A stretch of 64,000 nucleotides of DNA from Eledone cirrhosa (Eukaryota), in NCBI GenBank assembly GCA_964016885.1, contig OZ024750.1, positions 372,001 through 436,000 on the forward strand, in the 5' to 3' direction. The notes under the pieces were generated by a model. The model was given only the letters and a program-made list of their open reading frames with translations, did no database searches and was not told the DNA's origin. A program made the translations under genes and the position numbers. Below, in pieces: positions 48,575 through 58,900 of the stretch. Position 1 is the first letter of the stretch. Every line of letters begins with the position of its first letter.

Positions 48575-49102
48575 GAAGTCTAGTGAAATATATGTTGTTA
48601 GTTTAAATTCATTGTTTACAATTTAGCAGACTTGTTTAAACCATCAGGTGGCATTTAAAAAAAGGATATAGAACAGGTTTTACAGGGACAAGACTTTCCG
48701 ATTTTCATATAATTTAATTTACTTTAAGTACCTCTACATTGAAATCTATCACAGAAATACTTCCTACGATTCTTACAAACAAAGTATATTTCCAATATTC
48801 AAATTAAATTATTTAATAAAGCCTGCAGCCATAAACTAAGGCAACAGTGCTGTCTGACCCTCCCATTTTTTTTTCATTGTCACCACAAAACATGGCACCT
48901 TGTAAGAAAAATAAATACAAATGAAACAGATTCAAGAATGGTTGATAATATATTTTTCTTTGAAAAAAAAAGCTTACTTTTTAAAATCGTTCGTAAAGAA
49001 TCCACTACTAGCAGGATCATTAGCTATGTCAGCTTCGCCACTGCCGGTCGAGGAAGGCGGTTTATCATTTCCATATGACATGTGTAATCCGTTACCAGCC
49101 AT
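16369..49102 (-). CDS. AP3B1: AP-3 complex subunit beta (invertebrate pro-orthologue of AP3B1/AP3B2), 24 coding exons, 3234 nt, 1077 aa
   Basis: All 24 exons join in frame through GT-AG introns. Beta-3 adaptin peptides include [80 protein letters not shown], an acidic hinge, the LLDLD clathrin box and the C-terminal ear [10 protein letters not shown]. Confidence 0.95.
17331..17513 (-). CDS. AP3B1: AP3B exon 23
   Basis: [27 protein letters not shown]...[21 protein letters not shown]. Confidence 0.93.
17762..17804 (-). CDS. AP3B1: AP3B exon 22
   Basis: [14 protein letters not shown]. Confidence 0.9.
17920..18250 (+). mobile_element. tRNA/CORE-type SINE (older family)
   Basis: A/B boxes, then the CORE-like GTGTCCTTGAGCAA...CAGTTCACTCAGCTGTAGAAATG. 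Confidence 0.7.
18615..18803 (-). CDS. AP3B1: AP3B exon 21
   Basis: [31 protein letters not shown]...LKIGNK. Confidence 0.92.
19249..19376 (-). CDS. AP3B1: AP3B exon 20
   Basis: [42 protein letters not shown], phase 1 to 0. Confidence 0.82.
19657..19856. mobile_element. Mariner-like MITE
   Basis: TIRs TACAAAGGTTGGCTGAAAGGTTCAT / ATGAACTTTTCAACCGACTTTCATA with TA flanks. Related half copy at ~44765-44827. Confidence 0.65.
19955..20033 (-). CDS. AP3B1: AP3B exon 19 (clathrin box)
   Basis: [26 protein letters not shown]. Confidence 0.88.
20097..20285. repeat. 27-bp minisatellite, ~7 copies
   Basis: Unit GATTAAAGAGTGACACTAAGTGACAGG, head to tail. Confidence 0.95.
20360..20619 (-). CDS. AP3B1: AP3B exon 18 (acidic Ser/Asp/Glu hinge)
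   Basis: [19 protein letters not shown]...[14 protein letters not shown], phase consistent. Confidence 0.9.
21433..21651 (-). CDS. AP3B1: AP3B exon 17
   Basis: [15 protein letters not shown]...[11 protein letters not shown]...[10 protein letters not shown]. Confidence 0.93.
22231..22486 (-). CDS. AP3B1: AP3B exon 16
   Basis: [14 protein letters not shown]...[15 protein letters not shown]...[11 protein letters not shown]. Confidence 0.95.
22624..22791 (-). CDS. AP3B1: AP3B exon 15
   Basis: [56 protein letters not shown]. Confidence 0.95.
23803..24654 (+). mobile_element. Internally deleted Tc1/mariner transposon, DD37D (maT-type) transposase relic
   Basis: QQDSAPCH...[16 protein letters not shown] with 37 residues between the last two Asp. 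TA-CAGGGTG left end and partly deleted right TIR. Premature stop. Confidence 0.88.
24795..25085. repeat. Compound (TA)n-CATACTAT satellite
   Basis: Directly visible. Confidence 0.93.
25170..26060 (+). mobile_element. Decayed CR1-group LINE 3' fragment
   Basis: [39 protein letters not shown]. (TAT)n tail. Confidence 0.85.
26160..26256. repeat. (GGT)n-rich minisatellite
   Basis: Directly visible. Confidence 0.85.
27375..27836. mobile_element. piggyBac-like MITE (family P2) containing a nested P1 MITE at 27509-27736
   Basis: Outer TTAA-CCCTTTTGATACCA...TGGTAATGAAAGGG-TTAA. Inner TTAA-CCATTTAGCATT...AATGCTAAAGGG-TTAA. Confidence 0.8.
27848..28188 (+). mobile_element. RTE 3' UTR fragment (family of 43918-44530)
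   Basis: High identity to the reverse complement of 43920-44250. (GAT)n tail. Confidence 0.75.
30541..30614. mobile_element. Minimal Tc1/mariner MITE (almost entirely TIR)
   Basis: TA-CAGGGTGTCCC..AAAATGTATACACACTTT / AAAGTGTGTATACATTTT..GGGACAATCTA-TA. Confidence 0.8.
31993..32045 (-). CDS. AP3B1: AP3B exon 14
   Basis: [18 protein letters not shown]. Confidence 0.95.
32488..32620 (-). CDS. AP3B1: AP3B exon 13
   Basis: [44 protein letters not shown]. Confidence 0.95.
33538..33965 (-). mobile_element. R4/Dong-like (restriction-endonuclease type) non-LTR retrotransposon 3' relic
   Basis: [20 protein letters not shown]-like motif, LKVKMARL and PVVIGTLG, typical of the PD-(D/E)xK C-terminus. 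Confidence 0.75.
34089..34151 (-). CDS. AP3B1: AP3B exon 12
   Basis: [21 protein letters not shown]. Confidence 0.95.
34215..34420. repeat. ~55-bp tandem repeat, 4 copies
   Basis: CAACTAATTATTCCTGATA...CCACTAAACCCCTCAA repeated. Confidence 0.9.
34541..34612 (-). CDS. AP3B1: AP3B exon 11
   Basis: [24 protein letters not shown]. Confidence 0.95.
34953..35007 (-). CDS. AP3B1: AP3B exon 10
   Basis: [18 protein letters not shown]. Confidence 0.93.
35092..35240. repeat. 20-bp minisatellite, ~7 copies
   Basis: Unit CTCTTCATAGAACGAGCCAA. Confidence 0.95.
35300..35397 (-). CDS. AP3B1: AP3B exon 9
   Basis: [32 protein letters not shown]. Confidence 0.95.
35810..36143 (-). mobile_element. Young tRNA-CORE-RTE-tail SINE (family B)
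   Basis: Near-identical to 54600-54918, 59279-59612 and 62520-62893. Confidence 0.88.
36494..36652 (-). CDS. AP3B1: AP3B exon 8
   Basis: [15 protein letters not shown]...[22 protein letters not shown]. Confidence 0.93.
37188..37370 (-). CDS. AP3B1: AP3B exon 7
   Basis: [32 protein letters not shown]...NPNQT. Confidence 0.95.
37452..37628. mobile_element. Tc1/pogo-like MITE
   Basis: TIRs TATATACTAGAATATAAGCCGA / TCAGCTTATATTCGAGTATATG. Relics near 32960 and 44860. Confidence 0.55.
37630..37970 (-). mobile_element. Family A-related SINE with a long alternative 3' tail
   Basis: Head and body as family A. The ~150-bp tail is shared with 29760-30010. Confidence 0.7.
38063..38129 (-). CDS. AP3B1: AP3B exon 6
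   Basis: [22 protein letters not shown]. Confidence 0.95.
38594..38754 (-). CDS. AP3B1: AP3B exon 5
   Basis: [19 protein letters not shown]...[16 protein letters not shown]. Confidence 0.95.
39579..39674 (-). CDS. AP3B1: AP3B exon 4
   Basis: [32 protein letters not shown]. Confidence 0.95.
40038..40750 (-). mobile_element. RTE-clade LINE 3' fragment (ORF C-terminus, 3' UTR and (GAT)n)
   Basis: EACMLRWMC...[12 protein letters not shown]...GRPRKTW, stop at 40398. Confidence 0.88.
40895..41105 (+). mobile_element. Family A SINE
   Basis: A/B boxes, body and tail. Confidence 0.75.
42105..42513. mobile_element. piggyBac-like P1 MITE with a nested full-length family A SINE (42282-42468, minus strand)
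   Basis: TTAA/TIR ends. 19-bp SINE TSD AAATACAATAGTAAATATA at 42263-42281 and 42469-42487. Confidence 0.88.
42936..43010 (-). CDS. AP3B1: AP3B exon 3
   Basis: [25 protein letters not shown]. Confidence 0.95.
43136..43215. repeat. Short fold-back element (21-bp perfect inverted arms)
   Basis: TAGGAACAAGTATGACCCCGA...TCGGGGTCATACTTGTTCCTA. Confidence 0.8.
43918..44530 (-). mobile_element. RTE LINE 3' fragment, second family
   Basis: [13 protein letters not shown]...GRPKKT. 3' UTR with (GAT)n. Confidence 0.82.
44958..45033 (-). CDS. AP3B1: AP3B exon 2
   Basis: [25 protein letters not shown], 76 nt. Confidence 0.93.
46643..46925 (+). mobile_element. tRNA-derived SINE with a CORE/Deu-like central domain
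   Basis: A/B boxes, CTGCAATGGACTGGTGTCCTGTCCAGGGG domain and GAAACC...CCGGCCTGATGAG tail. Related inverse copy at ~16760-16960. Confidence 0.6.
48978..49102 (-). CDS. AP3B1: AP3B exon 1 (coding part)
   Basis: [42 protein letters not shown], donor GTAAGC. Confidence 0.88.
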
Positions 49103-49294
49103 ATTCTCTCTCCTTTTTTCACACAAATACTTTCACACTGTGTAAATAGAATACGTTCACTTGTGCAGCTTTCTTTGATAGATGAAGTCTCACCTCATCT
49201 CTCAAACGTCTCTTCTTTTGCTTCTTTTATTCTCAAGTGTCCGAGCTGCTACTTCTATTTTCCTCGCAGCGATTCTCCGATTATTTTTCATACC

Positions 49295-49325
49295 AGAGAA
49301 GATGGCAGATACCGGAAGTCATCGG
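49295..49325. promoter_or_regulatory. Putative AP3B promoter motifs (YY1-like AAGATGGC, ETS ACCGGAAGT)
   Basis: Motif matches ~200 bp upstream of the ATG in a locally CpG-containing stretch. Confidence 0.4.
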
Positions 49326-50404
49326 CCACATTTCTCATTTTCTCTTCAACACTTTTCCTCATTTGTTTAGTATTCACCAACTTTCCTCATTAAAGAGCCT
49401 TCTTTCTTGCTTCTCTTTCTCAATTCTTAACTAGAACAAGGAAATTTAATATATAATATAATTAGCCAAACATAGACTCCATTACTTTTACGGTGATTTT
49501 TTTTTTTTTCAAGTGGTTGTGACGTATTGAAGCGACAGTGGTAAATAAGATATTGACACGACATGCCAACGTATGTGGTACCAAACAATGATTTCTACTT
49601 TAGGAACAAGGCCAGTAATTGTGGGGAGGCGATTATATTGACCTCAGTAGTTGACTGGTACTTTATTTTATCCATCGAGGAGAGATGAGAGGCAAAGTTG
49701 ACCTCAGCAGGATTTGAAACCAGAATGTAATGAAATACTGCAATGCATTTCATCCAGTGCTCTGCCGATTCTGCCAACACTATATATGTGAATAATGATT
49801 TCTACTTTAGGATCAAATCCAGCAAATGAGGGGGGGGGGGGTCGATTAAACCGATCCCAGTACTGTTATTTTAGTGTCAAGAGTTATAAATACGGAGGAG
49901 AGAGATACAGACACTTTGCTATGAAATTAAAAAGAAAACGACAGTTTATTAGATATCATGATGTTTTTTTTAATTAATCACTTACAATTGTGAGCATAAA
50001 GAATTTCTAGTTTGCTATCCACAGTAGTAGTTCCTTTCACATACACACATTAGATATATATTTCAGTCCAAACCGGGGCCTTGTATTTATAAGGCTGACT
50101 AGATTAAAGCATAAAGGTTCCCTCCTTTTATGTTTTACTGTAGTAGGGTGAAGTTTGAAGTACTCATTATATATATATATAATTGTTTCTACTTTAGGCA
50201 CAAGGCCATCAATTACCCAGTGCATTACTATTACTTTATTTTATCGACCCCGTAAGGATGAAATGCAAAGTCAACCTCGGTTATAATATATATATAGTTT
50301 CCATTTATTAATATATTGAATATTTACTCCAGTAATTTGTTGTAATCAGTTATAAAACTTTTAAGCTTGTTGAATCCCAACAAATTAAATATAACTTCTG
50401 CATG

Positions 50405-50429
<25 letters not shown>

Positions 50430-50435
<6 letters not shown>

Positions 50436-51800
50436 ATTACTACTTCGTGTCAGAAGAGTGCCATCCCTTTTTGCACGATCATGTGCATATAAGTGACTTT
50501 TCAAACCCACTTTTGTTTCCAGGTTCATTCACAGATGTGACATTTGAAATGGCTCTTATGACTTCAGATTGTTGACAAATACAGCTCTTTATAGAGGAAA
50601 TCAGCTACATACATTGCACCCCAATTCCTGCTAGATTTTTGCAGGTACTGCACTTGGGTCCTACTTACGAAGTGAATACTTCAAGGCAGCATATTCCACT
50701 CGATTTTTCTCGAAGACATCACATCCATGTCTCCCAGTTCTCCATATCAATCTTTCGGGCTTAAAGGTTGTCTTTTATGACATCCCTAAACAGCATCTTT
50801 GGCTTATGCTGTGTCCTTTTCTTCTGGTCAGCTCCCCATAAAATAACTGTTTAGGCAGACTTCTATCTTCCATCCTGACCACATGACCAGCCCAACACAT
50901 CTGGTTCTTAATAATCCTCTTCTCAATATTGGTGCTGCCCACTTTCTCAAGTACAGCAGCATCAGGTGTGTAAGAGCACCACTTGATGTTCAGGATGTGT
51001 TGGATACAATGCTGATGAAACATTTCCAGCTGCCAGTAAGTTGTCCACATTTGACATCTGTATAGCAGGGTTGTAAGAACACAGAAGTGTGTTTCTCATG
51101 ATACCCTGATCCAACCAAACTCACTTTCACAATCCTGTGATTTATTTCAGCATTTATGGTACCATATCTACTTAGCTGTCTACTACTTCTAAGTCATTTA
51201 CCTATCACAAAAATGTTGGATTCCACATACACTTCCCCAACTGATGGGTCTATTATAGAAGTAATAAACATAGGGAAAGTTCCAGGTTTGGATGGAATAC
51301 CTGTTGAGCTGATTCACTCTAGAGACAATGTTGTTATTGCCATTCATGGACTAGTTTTCTGCATGGCATGGTGAGCCTGTCCTGTAAGATGCAATTTTGC
51401 TGTTGATTTACAGGGACAAGGGCTCCAAGCCTGAATGCAGTGAATATTGTGGTATAAGTGCTCAAATCAGTGGGAAGTCTTGTCCAAGGTTTTGCTGAAT
51501 TGTCTAATAAAATAAATCTGCTCTGGTGCCATCCCTGAGACCTAATGTGAATTCAGAGCTGGACAGGATACTATGGACATGATTTTCTCAGCCTGTCAGC
51601 TTATGAATTGTGTTGAGCAGCAAGTGCCAAGTATTTTGGGGCTTTCAATACCGTTAATTATGGTAAACTGTTTAATATTGGGGTAACTTGGATGCCTTCA
51701 TGGCATATAAAAAAAAATATATCAAAATACGAAAGCAAAAGTGAACTTTAATTGGACATTTTTAGTGGAAGTCTCAAGCAGGGTGACATACCTGTATCAT
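50430..51800. mobile_element. Decayed RTE LINE with an inverted 5' segment
   Basis: Minus 50430-51110: FHQHCIQHILNIKW, WAGHVVRMED..PKQLFYGEL and the C-terminal GLKSH zinc finger. Plus 51230-51800: KVPGLDGIPVELI, FRAGQDTMDMIFS. Confidence 0.75.
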
Positions 51801-52857
51801 TTCGCCATTCATACATCACACATTCTTGTTTCATTTCTCTTCAGCCTTCACATAACCTCTGCATTTATTACCCATATCTCACTTCATATGCAGGTATCAT
51901 ACAACTAGCCCTTTATTTGTAATGGAAAATCTTTTTATCATATCCATCCCTTTCTTATTCTAGCTACTATGCATTCAGAAAAACCGCTCCGCTGCTAATT
52001 AGATCACCTAGGTAACAGAAGCTATCAACTACCTTTATAGAGCCTTCCCAGAATTGGAAAAGGTTCATCTCACTACTACTACTACCTACCTTGGCACATC
52101 AATATATAAAGTCTACTTTTGTCTCAGTTCTAGATAGAAGTCTTTGATTCAGTTCTCCCATTTATTTAAGGGAGAGAATGGTATGAAAATCATATATTTT
52201 TTTCTTTATATCTAATTAAAGACAATATATATATTATTTCGTGTATTTAATATTGAATTAATTCTGTATTTTATTTTAATATTGTATGTTATACTCTCAG
52301 TAATACGAACTATTAATAATTATTTCAGTTTATCAGCTGACGGATAAATGTATCATCAAAGACACGATAGAGAATTGTCCAACTGTGTAAGTTGAGATAG
52401 ATTTCTTTGGTTACATGTTGATATTGGATGTTCTGTAACTGTTGCTCACCAGGCTGTGGACATTTTCAATAAAACTGGGGACTATTCAGACCTCAAAGTT
52501 AAAAACTATTCTGAATAGCTTGGGCAATGCTTTTGGGTCAAACCATATCAAGAATGAACATGCATCTGTGCTTTGTCATTCATGTACACATCTTTCTAAC
52601 CTTGTCACATCCTTAAAGCCATCATGCAATCAACCCTTTGTTACAAACAGAAGTAGTTACTCCTTGAATCTTTTCCACCTTGTTCGATTATTGACAGCAA
52701 AACATATATTAGGGAGCATTCACACAGGCATGCCAGCAATTATTTACAGCTCAACACACCACAATTGACAGTATACCCATGCACAGTTCCTTATTATGTT
52801 TCAATAATTTTTTTGAAAAAATAAACAAACAGTAAAAAAGTCATTTCAGGTTTTTTT

Positions 52858-52863
52858 TTTATT
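52858..52863 (-). terminator. Probable eIF3g polyadenylation signal AATAAA
   Basis: TTTATT on the plus strand, ~115 nt past the stop. Confidence 0.55.
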
Positions 52864-52978
52864 TTTCACAGGACAGCTGCAGTTGATTGTTGTGGGAACT
52901 AATGTAATAAAATGTTTAGACAGCATCACAAAGAGAACATCCAAATGTGTGCAAGTTCTCAACTACAGTACACAGTTA

Positions 52979-52997
52979 TCAAGATGTTACGGATGGC
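52979..52997 (-). CDS. EIF3G: eIF3g exon 10 (to stop)
   Basis: PSVTS*, acceptor TTTCAG. Confidence 0.88.
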
Positions 52998-55900
52998 CTG
53001 AAATATAGGGAAAAATTTTTTTTAGAAAGATGAATATTTTTTGTACAACATAAAATAGAACCCAAAAGAGAAAAAGGGAGTATAAAAGAGAGAGTACAAG
53101 AGTGGAAGAGAGTCCCCACCCTCCAATAAAACAGAGGGGACCCAAGGTAGAGAAGAGATAAAAAAGTTATGGTTGAACTTACTTTGCCCATTCAACATTA
53201 AGAATCAAGTGGTCGTAACCATAGCCAGATACTCCAATAATAGCTCGAGCGGCATCATCACGGCGATGAAAATTGATGAAAGCAAAACCCTGATCAGAGA
53301 CAGAGAAGTCATTAGAAAACCATAAGGCATGTCCAGCTGTAACATTTTACACATTTCAACCAAGCCAAAATACAGATTCATATGAACAAGACATGGTCTC
53401 CTCACCTGATTTGTCACAATGTGACAACTCATCTAACTCATTCAAGTATGAAAAATAAATTTTAAATGAACAGACATATTTTCACTTCACATTGCTACAC
53501 ATTGCTAGAGCAGGCAGTGAGATTTGTTTATGCCTCAGTGGTTAGACATGCAAAAATCCATGGCTTAGGTTGAATAAAATTGAGGAAATAACCTACAGCC
53601 AGGTGTCCTTCCCAATGCAAACTCTTTATAGACACATGCACACAGACATACAAACACACATACAGTTTCCACCAACTAAATTCCCTCAAGTCATTGTTCA
53701 GCTCAAGGCTATAGTTTAAAAAGTTCCATGCAGTAGGATAGACACAGACCACATAGCTTTAACATTTTCCATTACCAATTAAATGTGTAATAGGTGTTAA
53801 AGCTATCACAGCGTAACATCACATCTGTGAAACAAGAGTCCATACAGTTACATATTTAGTACCCCTAAAGAATAGCATTAATAACATTACACTAAACTAC
53901 TATGGTAAATTAAACCGATCTATTAGCTTCTAGATGCTTCAAAGTTACAATTAAACTCAACTTTACGTCCATGGTTAGCTTCCAATATGAACATGTTTGT
54001 AAATAAAATTTAGTTAAATAAATGAATGTTAGGTAAAACAAATAGCTTACTTTGGACTGGGATGTATTTTTATCTTTGGCCAAATAAATTCTGTGAATAC
54101 TTCCAAAAGGTCGGAACAACTCCTGTAAATCAGCTTCACGAGTATCCTCAGAAAGATTCGTCACACGGATTGTTGCAAAGTCATCTGAAAAAGTGATAAA
54201 AGATGAAACTATAACCTGACCCATAAACATTTAATGCTGATCAATGGTTAACATAACATTTCAAAATTATATATACACACACACTGTGAAGACACGTGGC
54301 TGAGTGGTAAGAGAATTGGATTTGCAATTACTAGGTTCTGGGTTTGACCTCGTTGTGACATCATGGAGGCAACTGTCACGTACCATAGCCTTTGGTTGAC
54401 CCACTGACCTGTGTGGGAAATTGGGTCGAAGCCTGTACCTGTGATTGAAAGGGCCAGCCTTGTCACATACACATGGTGAATCTCCCTGAGAATCACATTA
54501 AGATACACCTGTCTGTAGAGTGCTCAGTCACTTACATGAGCAGGCTGTTCCATTGAACTGGAACACTCACCATTGAAATGACTGACGGAAGCCTACCAAT
54601 CATCATTTTTTTTTCCATTTCATTTTACGTCCACTTTTCCCTGCTTGCAAGGGTGGGACGGGAACTGATTCTGGCTAGATTTCTACAGCTGGATGCCCTT
54701 CCTAACACCAACCTCATTTACAGTGAGTGCTGGGTGCTTTTTTGCCGTGGAATGATAGGGACCCCAGTCCCTATCATCTCATTTCTACAGCTGAGTAAAC
54801 TGGAGCAATGTGAAATAAAGTGTCTTGCTCAAGGAAACAACACATCACCCGGTCTGAGAATTGAACTCACAACCTTTCGATTGCAAGGCCAATGCTCTAA
54901 CCACTAAGCTATGTGCCTCCATCATCATTGTTTAATGTCCATTTTCCATGCTAGCATAGGTAGGACATATTTGACACACGACCGTGACCTCTGGCATCAC
55001 GCAGTAATACAGAGTACCCCATGGGTACAAGCTGAAGCATATAGACAATATGCCCCCACACCCTCCCCCTGTAAAGTGGACGTGTAGGCGCCACGGCAAA
55101 AAAGCACCCAGCACTCACTGTAAATGAGGTTGGTGTTAGGAAGGGCATCCAGCTATAGAAAACCAGCCAGAATCAGTTCCTGTATGAGCAAGGCATGGCC
55201 AGCCGACCAGACACTGCCCACAACAGGACAACCCATCTAACCCATGCTTAGCATGGAAGAACGGACGTAAAACGGTGATGATGATAGATAGCCAACTAGA
55301 GAAAACTAAAGGTTCTTTAAAATGTTCAAACTTTACTAGGAACCCCAGCCCCCAAAATAAAATAACAGTAATTGCCTCGTTTGCTATTGTTCATTGATTC
55401 TCCTCGTCCTTTGTTGGTGCCATCCCTCAGATTGGGTGGCACATATTTGCCAGATTTGGAGCCAATTGCAGTAGCACCTCCACCAGGAGTTGCTGCATCT
55501 TGCTTCTTCTCTCCTTCCTTGAGATTATCTTGTAATGGCTGTAGAGTATCCCTGTAAGGACATCTAGTGGTCCAATGGTCTCCTTTACAAACACGGCAGG
55601 TAACAATCTTTTGAGATTTTAGTTTCTGAAGTGGGTCATCATCTGTTTCAATTTGGTGCTGAAAATATTTAGAAAATCAATCAATATTTATCAAAAATGG
55701 AAGAAATTCATGTATAATTTAACCCTTTAGCATTTACATTATTCTATATTTACTATTAAAAACTTTATAATATCGAATCTATGAGATTTTGATATTATTT
55801 ATTTTGAGAACAATACCTTAATATCAATATGAGCAGCCAGTTACAGCCAATTTTAACAGAAAGAGGTGAGAGATTTCTGGTTGGATTAAATGCTAAAGGG

Positions 55901-58900
55901 TTAATGAAATTAGTTTCAGTATTGTTTGTCCAAAATATTCTTTCTTTCATTATGTCCCCTAGTACATAGTTTCTCCCCTCAGCAGCCAGAAGTAAACAAA
56001 TATTTGTGAAATTTGTTGAAACTTTAAAAAACATGAAATTGCAAAAAAATCATGACGCGATGGAGTTGTAAAAAATACTAAACTCTAAACAACACTTAAA
56101 ACATTCTAAATATCAAAAACTTCATAAATATATTCCCCACTCATGAGAATTTCAAAACATGTTGGCTTATATACAGCAGTTACATATATACAACATAGCA
56201 ATATATCAAAGATTAATGATTGAGATTTACAAACCTCTTTACTGTTCAAGAATGACATGAAGATGTCTTCAGAAATAATAGTGTTTGCAGGATTAGGACC
56301 TGGTGGATCAGTTTCTGCAGAACCAAACTTCTTCCATTGCTGGAGAAAGAGAAATAAGGTTAGGCTATAATTAAACAAGAGGGCATTGAAAAACATCATC
56401 TACTTCATTAAACCTTAGCATCACAAGAACCTTTTATATAAAGAATATTATAGGATCTCCAGGAATAGTTGCTTAACCATTTAATTACCATATTTTGAGT
56501 GAAAAAGACTGCATATAATTTTGAAAATAAATAAGAATTTGGGGGGGATTTAGAAATATAACTAATTTTCTCATTACAATGCTGGTGTTTAAAACATAAA
56601 CACCTTTGTATTACAGAACCAGGAGTGGTTTCCCGCATATTTTATGGTCAGTTGCTTATACTGGCACCAACCTATTTAGTCCTCTCTTAGTATAAGTATA
56701 ATAAATGTAAACAATTTTTTGAAATACTCAATGCAGTTTCACAAAGAAATTATTGGATGTAAACATAATTGAATTTCTGGAGGACAAAGAGAAATACAAA
56801 CCTTTCGCCTGGCAATAGATTTGGTGAGCTTTTTTGTTTCAACCGTATAAGATTTGATAACCTATAAACATAAAACAAAGAAACTACATTAATCAACAAT
56901 ACATGTGATATTAAAAATAAGATTATAAACTATTTTAGCACTTGGTGTTTCTGGTTTTAAAATTTAGCTTTCAACAGTTTAATTGAACACACATTAAAAT
57001 CAAAGAAAAAAAAAAAAAGAAAAAAAAATGAAATTTACAGTTCACACCTATGTGGGTTTAAATAGCTTTGTATGTGGTTGTATCACATGGGTTACCTAGG
57101 TGTTTTAATGATAGCAGTCCTAATCCTATCAAGAAAATCAAGGTGCAATTGAAGCATCCAAAGGAGAAGAAACAAGAAAAGCGCAAAAGTAAAAATTGAA
57201 TTGTGACCTAAATTTATGGCACTTGAATATTTGCTCGTACAGCAAATATTTTAAGGCCATCCACTTTGCTAAAGCATAGATCAGTCCCACAGGCCCAGTA
57301 AAAGGTTTTGAACCCACCATGGGGTCATTTATGAGGCAATGTTTTATGATCAGATGCATTACTGCACTAGCTCCTGCAATTCTTGCACTTAATTCAGCCT
57401 CGAACCTTTCATCACTCGTGAACACAGCCCCGAGATACTTGAAGTTTTTCATATGCTTCAGTGGAACTCCACTAACATGTTGAATGCACTGCGCAGTTTT
57501 TAAAAAAAGTCTCCCGTTTGTCTACTCTCTCTCCTCACTCCTTTTCTTCTAGTTGTCTTGAATGAACAGAAAATATTGATTCCAAGACAAACTCACACCA
57601 ACACTGATTAAGAGCTAAATCAATCAATTTTAAAAAGCAAATACATGCACAATTACAATTTGGTCTTAAACTTATGCGATTTAACCCTTTAGCATTTACA
57701 TTATTATATATATACTATTGTATTTTCATGGTAAAGGATTTATCACACACAATATCAAATCTATGAGATAGATATTATTTATTTTGAGAACAATACCTTA
57801 ACATAAGTATAAGCAGCCAGTTATGGCTGGTTTGAACATAAAGAGTTGAACTTCTGGCTGGATATGGCCGGTTTAAATGTTAAAGACTTCTGTCTACATA
57901 ATTTCAAATTTACTAATTCACAAAACAACCCTGTACAACAGAAATAAAACCAAATACAATGTCATACCTTAACGTGCTTTTCTAATTCTTCACTCCAGTT
58001 GATTTCGGTGATTATCTTCAACCCATCTTTCTCTTCAATAGTTGATTCGCCCGATTCTCCTGGAGTCAAAGTTACTTCTTCTTCGGTTTCTGGATAAAAA
58101 ATAAATGATAAATATACATATCTATATATTTTAACAATATGAAGCCATAGATTTGAGGGCAGGGAGAATAGGAAATTTTTCTTACCAGGCTCAGGAGGCT
58201 TTGAAAGGTCAATATCAGTCTTTTCGTGAGTAACTAAAATAGAAGATAAATTCATCAATCTAGTACTTAAGATTCAATACTTGTACTTCAGTTGGTAACT
58301 CAAAGGCAAAATTGACAGGCAGGAATTTCACTCAGAGTGAGTGAATGAATACAGCAAGAGTATGGTGGGAAAAACAGTGATTGGTATGAAAGGATGTTAA
58401 GGGAGGGAGTAATGGAAGAGAGTGACTGCAGGTATGTTTGCTGGTGAGTGTCTTCTACAATAGCACTGGGCTGACCAATGCAAGCATGGAAAAAGAGGAC
58501 ATGATGATGAAACTATGAATGAAAGAATGAGAACAGATCTTTGAAGAAGGTTAAGTCTATGGGAATGCAGAATTAAGAGATATGGAAATATCATTTTACA
58601 GACCTGTCATATGAATATCAAGTGAAAAACATACTAAGTCTGTAAGAAAATAAGTCACCAACAATTTCAAATCCCGGTTTTTTTTTATAGTTTTGGTAGA
58701 ACAGGCTTTGGCTTTTAGTATGGGAATAAAAGTTAATGGTATAATTGCAAAAAAGAAAAATATTTTGGGAGGATAATGCAAGACTTCCCTGATTCTGATG
58801 TAGGATGTACCCGCAAACATCTACTTTTGTTTTAACATTTACAGGGATTCTGGGAGCAATTTACAATTGAATATCTTTTATTATACTAAACCACAAGCGA

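Noticed and set aside
53780-53880. H/ACA snoRNA in eIF3g intron 8
   Set aside because: The hairpin before ACA is only ~36 nt and there is no H box.
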